From: Diplonema japonicum | Taxonomy: Eukaryota > Protista > Euglenozoa: Diplonemea | Direction: 5' to 3' | Assembly (NCBI GenBank): GCA_964019335.1 | Contig: OZ025654.1 | Span: 310,001 to 374,000 of the forward strand | Length of the DNA: 64,000 bases | Shown: one piece after another, positions 1-10,982 of the stretch | Numbering within the stretch: position 1 is the first letter of the stretch | Layout of the letters: each line of letters opens with the position of its first letter | Made by a program: the position numbers and the translations under genes | Notes under the pieces: model-generated | Databases searched by the model: none | What the model was told of the DNA's origin: nothing | The model's input: only the letters and a program-made list of their open reading frames with translations

Positions 1-641
1 TTACTTCACGCTAAATCTTTACTTCACGGTGAAATAATGGCCTGTTTTCCGTGAAGTAATAGGGGTTTCCGGTAAATAATATGCCTCGGTAGGCCAATTT
101 GTTGGCTCGGTTCAGTTCCCAGTGGGGCTACTTTTTTCCTCCGGTTTGTCAATTTTCCCCCAGGTTCAGTTCAATTGGCCAACTTTTGGTTCAGTTCCAA
201 GCTGGGCTACTTTTTCCTCCCAAATTTGCTCACTTTTGGCTAGGCCTTGTTCCTAGTTTCAACTTTTCTATTTAGGCAGCTTACCAAGCTCCCCAAAAGA
301 CTTCAAAATACCGAAGCAGCAGCGAGTGGCCGCGCCAGGTATGAGAAGGCCTGATTAGAGATGGTGACAGTGGCAATGCCAGCGACAGCGGCAGCTCTTA
401 GTCAACAAAAGGAGGGAAAACAACTTGTATTGTAACCTTTGTAACCCCTCTCTTGTTGTACCCCTTGTCACCCCGTTGTGCCCCTCGTGGTGAAGTAATT
501 TCAGAGTGTCGTGAAATAAAACCACTTACCTGCCGCCAAGTAATGCTTTACCGACCTCTCGGTTCCGCCCTGCGGGCCCTCGACGGTAAAATGACGGAAC
601 CTCGAGGTAACGGTAAAGTCATTACTTGTTGGCTTAAATAG
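1..641. repeat. Probable non-autonomous DNA-transposon end or repeat (left end outside the window) with clustered short subterminal motifs
   Basis: TTACTTCACG at 1-10 and 19-28; its inverse GTGAA(G/A)TAAT/GGTAAATAAT at about 29, 50, 71, 490 and 511; imperfect direct repeat GGCCAA..GGTTCAGTTCC..GGGCTACTTTTT.CCTCC at about 92-142 and 177-219; TTGT..CCC micro-repeats at 430-485; lacks the homopolymer style of the other intergenic DNA. Confidence 0.4.
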
Positions 642-678
642 CTATTATTTCTTCTTTCTTTCTTGTTGTTCTCCCAAT

Positions 679-3600
679 TCATACCCAATAATCGGCTTCG
701 GAAACTACATTTTTGATAATCTCCCTCCGCCTGCTCGCCACAGTAATAAAAGGCTCAGTGTAGCTGGGGAACTGTTCTAGAATCTCGCGAAACCCAACCG
801 CAGATAAATAATACATTTCGCTGTAGGTTTCCAGGTGAAGGTCCGCGGGCTGAGGAACACCTAGCAAACACGAAATCTCACCCCAGAAAGTGTCCACGCT
901 TTCAATAACCTTTTTGTTTTCCCTCTTTTGTTATTTTTCTTTTTTTCCATACCGTATTTTCGACAGAAGCTATCGCCTTGCCCTTGAAAATAAAATAAAT
1001 CCCTGTTGCTGTAACGTCGAACTGCTGTCCCCTTTCAACGAGCACCTCTCCAGGGGCACCAAAGCGCAAGGATAACTTTGATACAATCCTGGCTAGAAAC
1101 ATGGGATTCTTACAAGTTCGCAGTATGTCGACCCTTTCAGCAGCGCGGATGTTCGCAAAGTAAGAAAGCTCACCGACCAGTTCCTCAGGCAGCTCTTCTT
1201 TCAGATCATCGAACTGACCCTCGTATACCTGCTTTGTCTTCGACCACAGCATTCTGTGGTATTTAAGAATGTCACTGGTGGTGGGCTCGTCCAGCCGACG
1301 GTGCTCGGCTACTGCGACAATCATGTCCAACCGGTTAAGAAAGACCTCATTGTGCGTCATCTTCATAGTTGTCTGCAGGTAAGCGATGACCGTAGCAAAG
1401 ATGGCGATCCCTGCAACAACAAGTATGATGCACATCATGGTCTGCTTGTCCGTGATGGGCCACGGTTGTCCGTACCCTGCAAACCCTCTGATCGCCCAGT
1501 GGAACCCGATGAGGTTTCGTTCCACAGTATTCATTTTGTCATAATCTTCTATTCTAAAGTACGCCCCCTGAGCACTCCAACCATACCCGTAGATAAGCTT
1601 GTCGTTCTGTGTGCCTGGTTCGTCCGTCACAATGTTGCACACAACCCCCGTCCAGTACAGGACGTACACCAACATGCATAGGTTTATGACTATTTTAATA
1701 AACACAGGAGACTCTTCCGACATGAACGATTCGCCGCAAGACTGAACAAGCCCTGGGAATCTAGCCAGGTTCAGCATTCTGTTTAATCTCACCCACGTGT
1801 ATTTTCCAAGCACCTCTTTGTCCGCCATTAGAAAAAACAGTTCCCAAGGAAGACACGCGATCAAATCGGTTATGAACCACCCGTGAAGATAAATCTCTGT
1901 GATCTGCTCGGGGGAGGTTATCCTTATGCCCCTGTCATTTGTGACAGGCTCGCGGAAGTTCAATACGATGTCTACGAAATACACACAGTCGCATATGTAG
2001 CCCAGCACGAGGAATAAAATGGTTTCTGTGGTGTATCCAGGGCTTGACATGATCAGTCTGGAGGGCACCAAGAAGCAGTCCACCAAGACGGCCGCTAGTT
2101 TTACCGCGTTCCAAATCTCCGCAAAGCGGAAACGGAACTCTGAAGAAATCGATTGGTTGTCCTGCCCATGAAAGCCAAGCAGCCTTCGTACGATCTTTCT
2201 ATCCGCCGAGCGCTGTTCAAGAAGACCCTCTAAGTCGCTGTCTACGGCGAAAGGGTCTGTCGAGTTCTTCCGTTTCGCAGAATCGATGCTTTCCCTGCCT
2301 CTTTTGGGTGTGGATACCTCAGGAATAATGTGATGCTGGCCAAAACGGCGGTTGATACCAACCTGGAATTGGTCTGCCCTTTCGGTTTCCTGATCGTCCA
2401 CCACGACACCTGAGAACCGTGCACCCGACTGGTCCACCGACAGCACTAAGTTATCATCAGAACTACGGATTCCTTTCGTCTCATCTGTCTCTGCCTTTGT
2501 TACTGCCGTTTGAAGCTTCACAGCCCACATGTCCGCAACCACCACGTCGTTATACTTCTGTAGGAATTCCTTGGCGGTACCCCACATTCTGTTCTTCATC
2601 TCTAAAAGTGCGTGTGTGTAGAGGCCGTTGACCTCCTCTATGATGGATAACTCCGCCAAGCCTTCGCAAGCCACCTCAAACGGTAGCTTGTACACAGCAT
2701 GGTGGATAAGAGGACGCCAGTATGTAATAATTTGGTCGCAGGAATCGTGAAGCAGAGTTTGGTGGGATATCGTCTTGTCGACGACAGCCCCGAGGGAGTG
2801 TGTCACGGACACCATGGCGTGGCACTCTGCTCGCGAGCGCGCGGTGGAGTTGAACGATTCGACGTCCAACACGTTGAAGAGCTTCGCCTCACCAGTTGCA
2901 AGACCGAAGCCCATCGAAATGTCCTGGTTTGCAACGGTATCCATCAGCTTCGCAACACACTCGCAGATGTCTCTGTATCCCGTTGTGATGGTCCACCTCG
3001 AGATTAACCTTTCTGCAAGGATGAACTCCACGTTCCCTCCAAACTTCTTTGTAAACATCGTGAATTTTGCGACCAGCTCCTTGTAGCGAATATCTTGCAA
3101 GGACTCGCCAAGCTGCAACACCAAAAATGCTGTCTCTAGACACCTGCTCTTCCGTGCCAGAATCGCGTTCGTCCTCGTAACAAGCAAGCCGTTGTCTACT
3201 TTCTCAATCCCGGTCCCCATCCTCAGCAACACTGAGTATGTGTGGCAATTATCTACTTCCAGAACCTCAATCACTCTCCCGATTCGTTCGTGCATTGCGG
3301 CCATCACATCGTTCGAGCGTGGAAGCACCTTCAGCAATTCCATGCCTTTGTACAGATCCCCTTCCTGCATGTGCAACCACATCACCGCGAGTTCGCTGTT
3401 GTCGCCCTCAACGCCGTCCATCACGGAGTACACAGGTGTCGCCTCATTAGCAAATGTGATGAGGTCGACCTGCATGAAAATGTAATACGATTCAACCTGC
3501 TTGACCTCGTGCCCTGCGTAGATGGTGGTGCAGTGAAAAGACGTGCAGACGTCAGCGAGACGGCTGGCGATAAACGCAGCGCCTGATATGGCCAGAGGGT

Positions 3601-4327
3601 AGCCTTTCAAACCCCCTTTGACAAATCTCCCTGAAGCAATTCCACTTGTGTAAGTTAAAGGGAAATTCTGTGCGTTAGGGAGCTTAGTGGAGGAGATCGC
3701 AACGCGGACAGCATTGACGAGGCAGGGGAAGGAGAGGAGGAAGGTGCCACCGGCACAAGAAACAAAAGAACCTTCGTTGATGCGGCATATATCTTCTAGC
3801 GCTTCGATCGTTGTCTCGATCCAATTGGTGAGGCCAGCGATGCTGGGCTCGGGGACCTCTGCTTCCGCTCCACAGACGGCCACCACATGCCCGGTAGAAA
3901 AGCTTATTGAGGTCATCAAGCGGCTGCTACGTCGGCGTTCAAAAGAGCGGCGGGAATCGCCTGCTGCTGGAGACACCACGACTAGGGGGTTGGGGATCTG
4001 CCCAGTCTCGCGGATGACATTTGAGAAATCTTCTATCAAGGTAGTACGGCGTCGTCGTGCTCCGGAAGATGTTCGCGAGTTCCTCCTTACTGTCTTGAAC
4101 TGTTCGCTGTGGGAGTACAGCAGCCATTTGTTCAGTCTCATCGTCACCAGCACTCCAATAACAGAAAACCCAACTATTACAATCCCAACAGCCCATGGGC
4201 TCTCCATGGCAGTCGACACGTAGCACAGCACCCCGCATAATGAAGTGTTTAACACCACAGCAATGTAGCAGACCTTTCGCAGGACCGAGCGAAGCTCCTG
4301 CACTTCATCATATGACAAGGTGGTCAT
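679..4327 (-). CDS. Cyclic-nucleotide-gated/KCNH-like channel fused to two degenerate class III nucleotide-cyclase-like domains; join(953..4327,679..909), about 1201 aa
   Basis: Two N-terminal TM helices; cyclase-like segments (EGSFVSCAGGTFLLSF..SGIASG; GGNVEFILAERLISRW..FGLATG); S1-S6 channel (WFITDLIACLPW, S4 RLNRMLNLAR, pore WAIRGFAGYGQPWP); C-linker; the cNMP-binding domain is completed (SVENT|VIESVDTFWGEISCLL) by removing a GT-AG intron. Confidence 0.85.
910..952 (-). other. Spliceosomal intron, 43 nt, A-rich
   Basis: GTATGG...ACAAAAAG; removal restores the frame into the cNMP-binding domain ORF 679..897. Confidence 0.85.
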
Positions 4328-5830
4328 GTCACGAGTTCGCCATCAGTTTTTTTCCCGCTTCCCCCTCTTTGGGCTTTTTATTCCTTTTTTTCTTTAGATT
4401 GGCGGGGGACAAAAAAAAAGATTTGAATCTTATTTCACAAAGGCGAACCCTTTTTCCTTTTTCTTTTGTGACTTGCACCATTGAATGAAAAAAAAAAAAA
4501 AAAAAACATGCCCTGGAAAGAAAAGAGTGACGGACATGGTCGAGAGAGGGCTTTTACAGTATTCCTTTTCTTTTTTCTTTTTTTTTTGGTCTTTACATTT
4601 CCTTTTTTTCTCTTTTTGGGGGAGGGTATTAAAGCCCGAGTGCCCCTCAAAAAAAGAAAAAAGAATGAAAAAAAAAAAAGGAATATAGAAAGTGATAATT
4701 TCACAAACTAAATGAGGGGTGCACCCCCTTTTCCTCTTCCTTTTGTTCCCTCTTTTCTTTTTTTCTCTCCCGAACAATACTCCCTCTGAGCAACACAAAG
4801 AGGGGGGGGGGGGGGGGGAGGTGACTAATAATCGCGTACACGCCGAGAAACGGCAATCAAAAGAAACAAATGAACTATGATAAGAAGAGGTAAGATTCCG
4901 TTGTGCTGCTAATAATCCCCTCTAGAGGAAACGTTACACACCTGAGCCTTCCAAAAAAAAAAAACAAACAATTCCGGGAGCTGCTCCGTGCAATTTTCTT
5001 GTTTACAGCGTCCCTTTACCAGGTTTGAAAAAAGTACCCACGAGCAGACCACCCCCGGGCATCTACAATGGATAATGCCCTCCTGCACAATGCAAATAAA
5101 TAGCGAAAAATGGACCATAAAAAAAGGGGGGGGGGGAAACTAACTGGTCAGCGGGTGCACATAGCTAATCTTAAGCCATCAAAAACACCCTTTTGATTTG
5201 CTCCTCCCCAATGAAAATCTTTGTAGTGAAGGGCAACTATTGCAAGAAGTTGTTTTTTGAAATGAAAATAAAAAAGCCGGACATTAGGAGAGAAAAGAAA
5301 AGATTCAAAGCTCATCTTTGTCTCGCTCTTTTTCTTTTGTACTACCTTACGCAGGATTCTGCATATGGCTGCCTTGCTGTCTTTAGCTTCGAGACTGCAA
5401 AGTAAAGAAAAAGAAGAGAATACAATGAAACGGCGCTGCTTTTTTTTTCTTTTTTTCTTTTTTATGGGTATGAAAAGAAGAAAAACTGAAAAGAAAAAAA
5501 CCACCCACCTCAGAAGCCTGAACAAAGAAATGAAGAAAGAAATAGTTTTTACACCCCTCAGTTTTTTACCGTCAAAAAGAAGATTGGGTCAGGATCGAGC
5601 CACCGGGACCTGAGAGGAGCAAAGTAATTCTTTTTCTCTTTTCTTAAAAAGAAACGCTACAGTAACTTCTGGGGGAGAGTGGGTAAAAACAATGAAAACT
5701 AGGGAAAGGGGAGAGATGCCTTTTTCTTCTCATATTCACTTTTTTTTTTACTGGGTACGTAGTGCTATACAACAAAAAGAACAAAAATCCGAATGCAGGG
5801 TTTCTGCTTCACACGGGGGAACCAACAATG

Positions 5831-8697
5831 CTACCGAGTTGACATAACTCTCAAAGACACAAAAAGAGTGCCTGTGACACTGGCCCTGTCCTTCTTAGAG
5901 GGGTCAGGCTGCACTTTGAAAGAAGTAGTGAAGGCAGACCCTTTGCTGTTAGCCTCTGTCAGCGTCATGATGGTAGAACAGTGGATATCAACATGGCCTA
6001 GGAAAGCCTTCGAAAAAGACTTTTTTGAGAAAATCGAAACACGCACACAGTCCTGCACGGGCACTATAAACCTGAACACCTCGTTCCACACAGGCGATAG
6101 CGTCTTTGCCGCCACCTTTGTTGTCTTCTTCTGCGGGTTGCTGTGCCCTGAGCCCACCCCACCATTTTGCGTCACCTCCCGCAGTTTTACTTCACAGAAC
6201 GGGTTCTGCGAGCCCTTATCAGCAAGCCCTTCCGCCGACAGAAGTCCGATCTGTTTCAAAAAAAATAAAATAAAACAATACTCTTTAAAGCTGTCTGTCA
6301 TACCTCAACGCGTGCTTCAGAGAGGCACGCTTTCCCCATGGAGGCCGCCCTGTCTTGCTGCACCTCCATGAACGACTTGCGGTGTGACCGTGGTGCCTCC
6401 AGGGTTATGTCTGGCGGAGGTGCTTCATAGTACTTCGACGTGTCGACTTCCGTTATCGGATCTGGCTCCGTCAGGGGCTCGTGTTTTGTTAAGGGCTCAG
6501 GAGGTATGACCTCGAACGCGATTACCTCATCGTCATCATCGTGAGGGAGAGGTATAGGCACGGCAACGGTTGGGGACACGTGAACCTCTTCTGGTAGAGC
6601 GATCTCGAAATTGCCGAGGTTCCCCTCCACCACCTCTTCCTCTGCCTTGGGCATGAGCTGTACCTGCGGGTTCGGAACCACAGGGCTGATGGGCTGTGCC
6701 CTAATCTCGTCGTCCATGTAAGTGGTGCTGTTCAAGTCGATGCCTGAGTCCACAGGGGGCAGGTCTACTGGAGGCATGTACTTCGGGAGGCTGGTCTTTG
6801 AGCAGTCTGCGAGATCCTCACTGTCGTCACCTTGATACGAGTACAGCAGCCGCTCGCTGGCCGACGATTTGATCTCACCACCTGTTAGTTTTGGGCCTTT
6901 CATTTGGTGCAGCGTCCCAGCTGGCTTCCAGTCGCTGAACTTCACTTCCTTGGCGCTGGCCCTCCATGTCCCTTCGTCCTTCGGCCGTACGAACATGGCA
7001 CCTACGGAGGAGAGGTCCTCGATGTGCAGAGACATGCTGTACCCTCCTGTCATGTTGCTGTCCTTCAACTGGGGTACCACTAGGATCTTCTTCCCCAAAA
7101 GGTCGTTTGTTATGGTGAGGAGCGTGTACCTGTCCCTTTTCAATGTCCCGATGGACTCGATCACCTTCACCTTGTCCTTCTGTGCCTTTGCCACGACGTA
7201 GAGGGCCATCGCCTTGAGCTCCATTCCTTCCTTTCCTCTTGTGTCGTTCTGTTGCACACCTATCCACACTTTCTTGCCAATGTAGAAGTCCGACGGGTTG
7301 ATAAAGAGTTGTACGGCGACCTTCGGTGCAGGTTCCCATGTGCTCTTCAAGAAGCAGCATTCATAGCTCAGCAGCGGGAATCCGGTGGTGCATGTGTTAA
7401 ACCATTTCTTCACATCGGCCCACGACATGTAAAACACACCATCTTCCTTTTTGTTGTACAGGTGCTGTGCGAGGGGGTCGTCTGTTCCCCATGTCCCCTT
7501 CCACAGCCCGTGCTGAGTCGTGCCCCAAGGGTTTCGCAGCTTTAGCAGTGTCTCGCCCTCATCATGCAACCCGAGGACGGAGTACGAATGCTCGCAGATG
7601 AGGTCCATGCTGCGGTACCTATCCCACGTCTCCTGATCAGCCGGCTTTGCTGCGGAGTAGCTGGACATGAGGTTCTTCCCAGGAGTCCCGAGCACCATGG
7701 TGGCACCTTCGTGCAGTTCTGTTCTGATGGTTTCAAACTCCTCTTGGCTACCGGTGATCGCAGTGATCTTGGTAGGGCAGCCTGTCAGGTCTGTGAAGGC
7801 GTACCCGCACTGTGCGGACTTCAGGCCCGCATAGCTTCCCACCGCCTTGGCGTAAGCCTTCTCGAGGAGCGGGATCCATAACTCGGTGGGAGTGACGCGA
7901 TTTTGAGCAAAAGCAAGATTACATCCAGAAAAAGGGAGGAAATCGTCAACAACAATATCGCTCCAAGCGCCGTCTAGGCAGAAGCGGAGGCGGTGGATGC
8001 CAAGGTCGGGGGACTGGCGGGGTGTGAACATGAAGTCGATAAGAGGGGTGTGCTTGGCGATGGACGTGATAGCCGCCATGAGGGCACAGTCAGCAAGAGC
8101 ACCTTGGTTAACATTCAAGGGCGAGATATCAGACACAAGAAACGACCCCGGGGCTGGCGGCTTGAAAGAATACCGCTTGGGAAGATCACCCCTTTGCCAT
8201 GGCTGCTGAAAGGACAGTTCTGCGGGTGGAAATCTTGGATCCATGAAACGAATGTTATTTGTTTCGCACAGCTCTGCGACGCTGGTGTCCACGCACCCCA
8301 CCTCTGCTTCGATCTCGTCTTGCAGGTGCTGTGGGAGGCTGAATATGAATGAGGCAAGCTGTGACTTATTTGTTTCGTGATTTTTTCCGTTCTGTTTTTC
8401 AAGCCACTCCTTTGAGACTGGTCCCACAGCGATGCTCTTAGTGAGGCCTGTCCATCTTCCCTTCACCAAAAGCTGTGTTTCGCCTGGGTGGACGGAAAGA
8501 ACCATTTTCCCGCATTCTTCTTTCACGCCATCACCCTTTTCAGCTATGACGGCACCCTCCCTTAAGGTGTATTTGCAAATAAACTGCTTGTCTTTTGTCT
8601 CGTTGCTGAACGTTAATGACTTGACGCTTTCCCCTTCCACAGATTCCTCATTTTCGTGCAGGAATAGACCATCTTTGACCTCTTTTCTCGTAGCCAT
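5831..8697 (-). CDS. Calpain-family cysteine peptidase: DUF1935-like N-domain, CysPc, domain III-like region and C-terminal C2 domain; join(6304..8697,5831..6250), about 937 aa
   Basis: FMDPRFPP, QGALADC (Cys), EHSYSV (His), RNPWG (Asn), LLEKAYAK; N-terminal FSNETKD..VHPGET..G resembles the euglenozoan DUF1935; C2 motifs LSAEGL, NPFCEV, TLSPVWNEVF, AFLG are joined via an intron. Confidence 0.9.
6251..6303 (-). other. Spliceosomal intron, 53 nt
   Basis: GTATGA...T-rich...AAACAG; joins ARVE to IGLLSAEG in frame. Confidence 0.85.
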
Positions 8698-9607
8698 CTT
8701 GGGGGGGGGGGGGGGGGGTTCACTATCGATATTTAGAAAGCTTTAAAAAAAAGGTTTTATGTTTTGAAATGAAGTCACTAATTGGAGGTGGGGGGGGACA
8801 ACACGGCAGAACTGTATGGCTGTCAAACAGAGTATATCGCAAAAAAAAAAAAAGAAAGAGAAGAGGGGAGCAGGAATAATTGGTACAATTGGGCCAAACA
8901 ACGTTATGGGCCGCAAAGTATGCTTGTTTTTTCTTTTGAAACACCGGTAACAGAAACTCTTTTTTATTTCTTCTTTTTCTTCTTGTTTCTACTTTTTCTT
9001 CGCTTTTAGCGCGTAGCAAAGGGCAGAATCATTTTCATTTCTACTCGAAAAAAAAAATAATGTAAGAGTTAAAGGAGGCCGGTGTTGGCGGCACCCTGCT
9101 TTAAAAAAAAAAAAAAAAGAGGAACTGGCCCGTTGTTTGTACGTGCCGCGGGTAAAAATCTGGAGATTGAGAAGTTCGTAATTACGATTAACCCGAAACA
9201 CGTTGCCAAACGTTCCCTTTTTGTTTAAAGACAAGTCAAAAAAAAAAAAAGAAAACAGCATGCCGAAAGAAAGGCGGATGAGGAGAGAGAACAACAAGCA
9301 ATACTAAAAAGAAAGGTGAAGGACCGAAGAATGCAAACCGCGAAAATACTTTCTACTCTGGATATAAAAAAAAAAAAAAAAAAAGAGACATTTAAGGGTA
9401 CCTGCGGTATGTGGCAGGACGCCTGGAAAAAAAAAGGAAGAAAATAACAGGGGGAAGAGGCGAAAATAACACACTGCAACAAGCAATGACCTTATTACTT
9501 TATTACTGGGCCGAGATGGTAATATGCAGAACCGAGTGTATGGTAGAGCCTTCCACGACATGATCACGCTGATCGGAGAAGTAATGAACCTCCGGGGACG
9601 TGAACTA

Positions 9608-9636
9608 ATATGAGTTAAAGGACAGTCTGCGAGACG
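9608..9636 (-). repeat. Degenerate 3'-terminal remnant of retrotransposon family 1
   Basis: ATATGAGTTAAAGGACAGTCTGCGAGACG resembles the 42056.. terminus ATATGAGTTAAAGGAAGTCTTTGTGAGACG. Confidence 0.6.
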
Positions 9637-10070
9637 GTAGTGTTTTAAAACTTGTTGCTTGGGCACAATTCGATTCCAAATTCAAATCAAAACTGTAGGG
9701 GGGGGGGGGGGGAACGTACAGAGTGGGGCTCGAAAGAACAACCAGTTAAGGCAATAGTAAGAAAAAAGCATAGTAAAGAAAATAATATAAAATGATAAAA
9801 AAGGACTCGACTTTCGTTCCGAGTTCTGCCTCCTTGTGCCCGCTCCGACTCATGTTACTCGGGAGGCATTCTTTTTGGGACACAGTGTATAAAAAAAAAA
9901 CTCAAAGTACAGGACAAGCCCCCCGCTAGAGGGCCGCCCTATGGGAGGGGGTCTATCTGTTAATAAATAAAAAAAGAAAAGAACCAATCAACTACAAGGA
10001 CGTCCCCTTCAACAGCGGTTTCTCGTCTTTTTTGGTTGCTCAGTTTCTTGTAAGAACAAAAAAAAAAAAA

Positions 10071-10157
10071 AAAAAAGAGTAGCGATAACACGCAGTACTT
10101 TTCTCAGGTCTTGTATCGTGTGCACAAAATGCATGCTGGGTCCTGACTCTTTTTTTT
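10071..10157 (-). mobile_element. Short AGAGT...ACTCT element, inverted copy
   Basis: Reverse complement shares AAAAAGAGTC, TTTTGTGCACA, ACCTG.AGAA and CTACTCTTTTT with the copy at 18701-18788. Confidence 0.6.
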
Positions 10158-10982
10158 ATTCTTCCTATTTCTTTTTTTTCGTTCTTTTTTTCTTTTTATC
10201 ATATTCCCCCAACCCATCCCGACCATTTAAACCCAAAGGCTATGAAGCCACAAGCAGGCCAGAATGGGAAACGGGTGGGGGGGGGTGGAAATATATTCGA
10301 GGTGTTTTGCCTCTTTACCATGCCAAGAAGAAAAAGAAAAAAGTCCAAAAAAAAAGGGGGGGGAAGGAGGGTGTGACCAAATAGAAAGAAGAAAATAGAA
10401 GGGAAAAAAAAAGAATAACTTAACAGAAGTAAAAGGTACGCTCTCTCACTGCACTATGCACTGAGATCTTTACATTCTTTCCTCAGTTCTACACCAAAGC
10501 TTGATTTCCTTGTCGCTCTCTATTTCTGTTCGGGTTGCAGATCCCCGTTCAGTGCCCTTGTCCAGCTCATATTGTTGGGGCTGGAAAAAGTACAAAAAAA
10601 TAGAACATCTCTTAATTTATGAAAGAAAAAAAAAAAGAAGAAGATAAAAAATGCACTTTTCTTTTTTCTTTTGAAAGCGACGCAGCGACCGTGCTGCTAA
10701 AAAGCCAATAGTTTCGCTTTTCTGTTCTCTTTTCTGAGCAGACCCGATATCATTAATAATTAGGATAAACTCACAGTGATCACATCGATCATTAATCAAG
10801 ATCGACCGATCACTACCCGGTTTTTAATCCTGTAGACCCCACCAGAAACCCGACTGCGGTCGAATAATCTGCATACATAATAAATAAAAAAAATACAAAA
10901 GAAATAAAACTGTTGATATGAACGAAAACGAAAAAAATAATAATAATCTGCTTCCCCCCCCCCTCTTTTTTATTAAATCTTA

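Noticed and set aside
4430-5613. Poly-K/poly-F ORFs and possible small exons between the channel and calpain genes
   Set aside because: Translations of homopolymer tracts; no coherent spliced ORF could be built, though a small gene cannot be excluded.
9783-9870. Two hairpins, one followed by AGA on the minus strand (single-hairpin H/ACA-like RNA?)
   Set aside because: The hairpin is only about 45 nt with no convincing pocket or upper stem; unsupported without a search.
10745-10815. GATC-rich patch with a short AGTGATC/GATCACT inverted repeat
   Set aside because: Short, single occurrence; could be chance or an unrecognisable relic.
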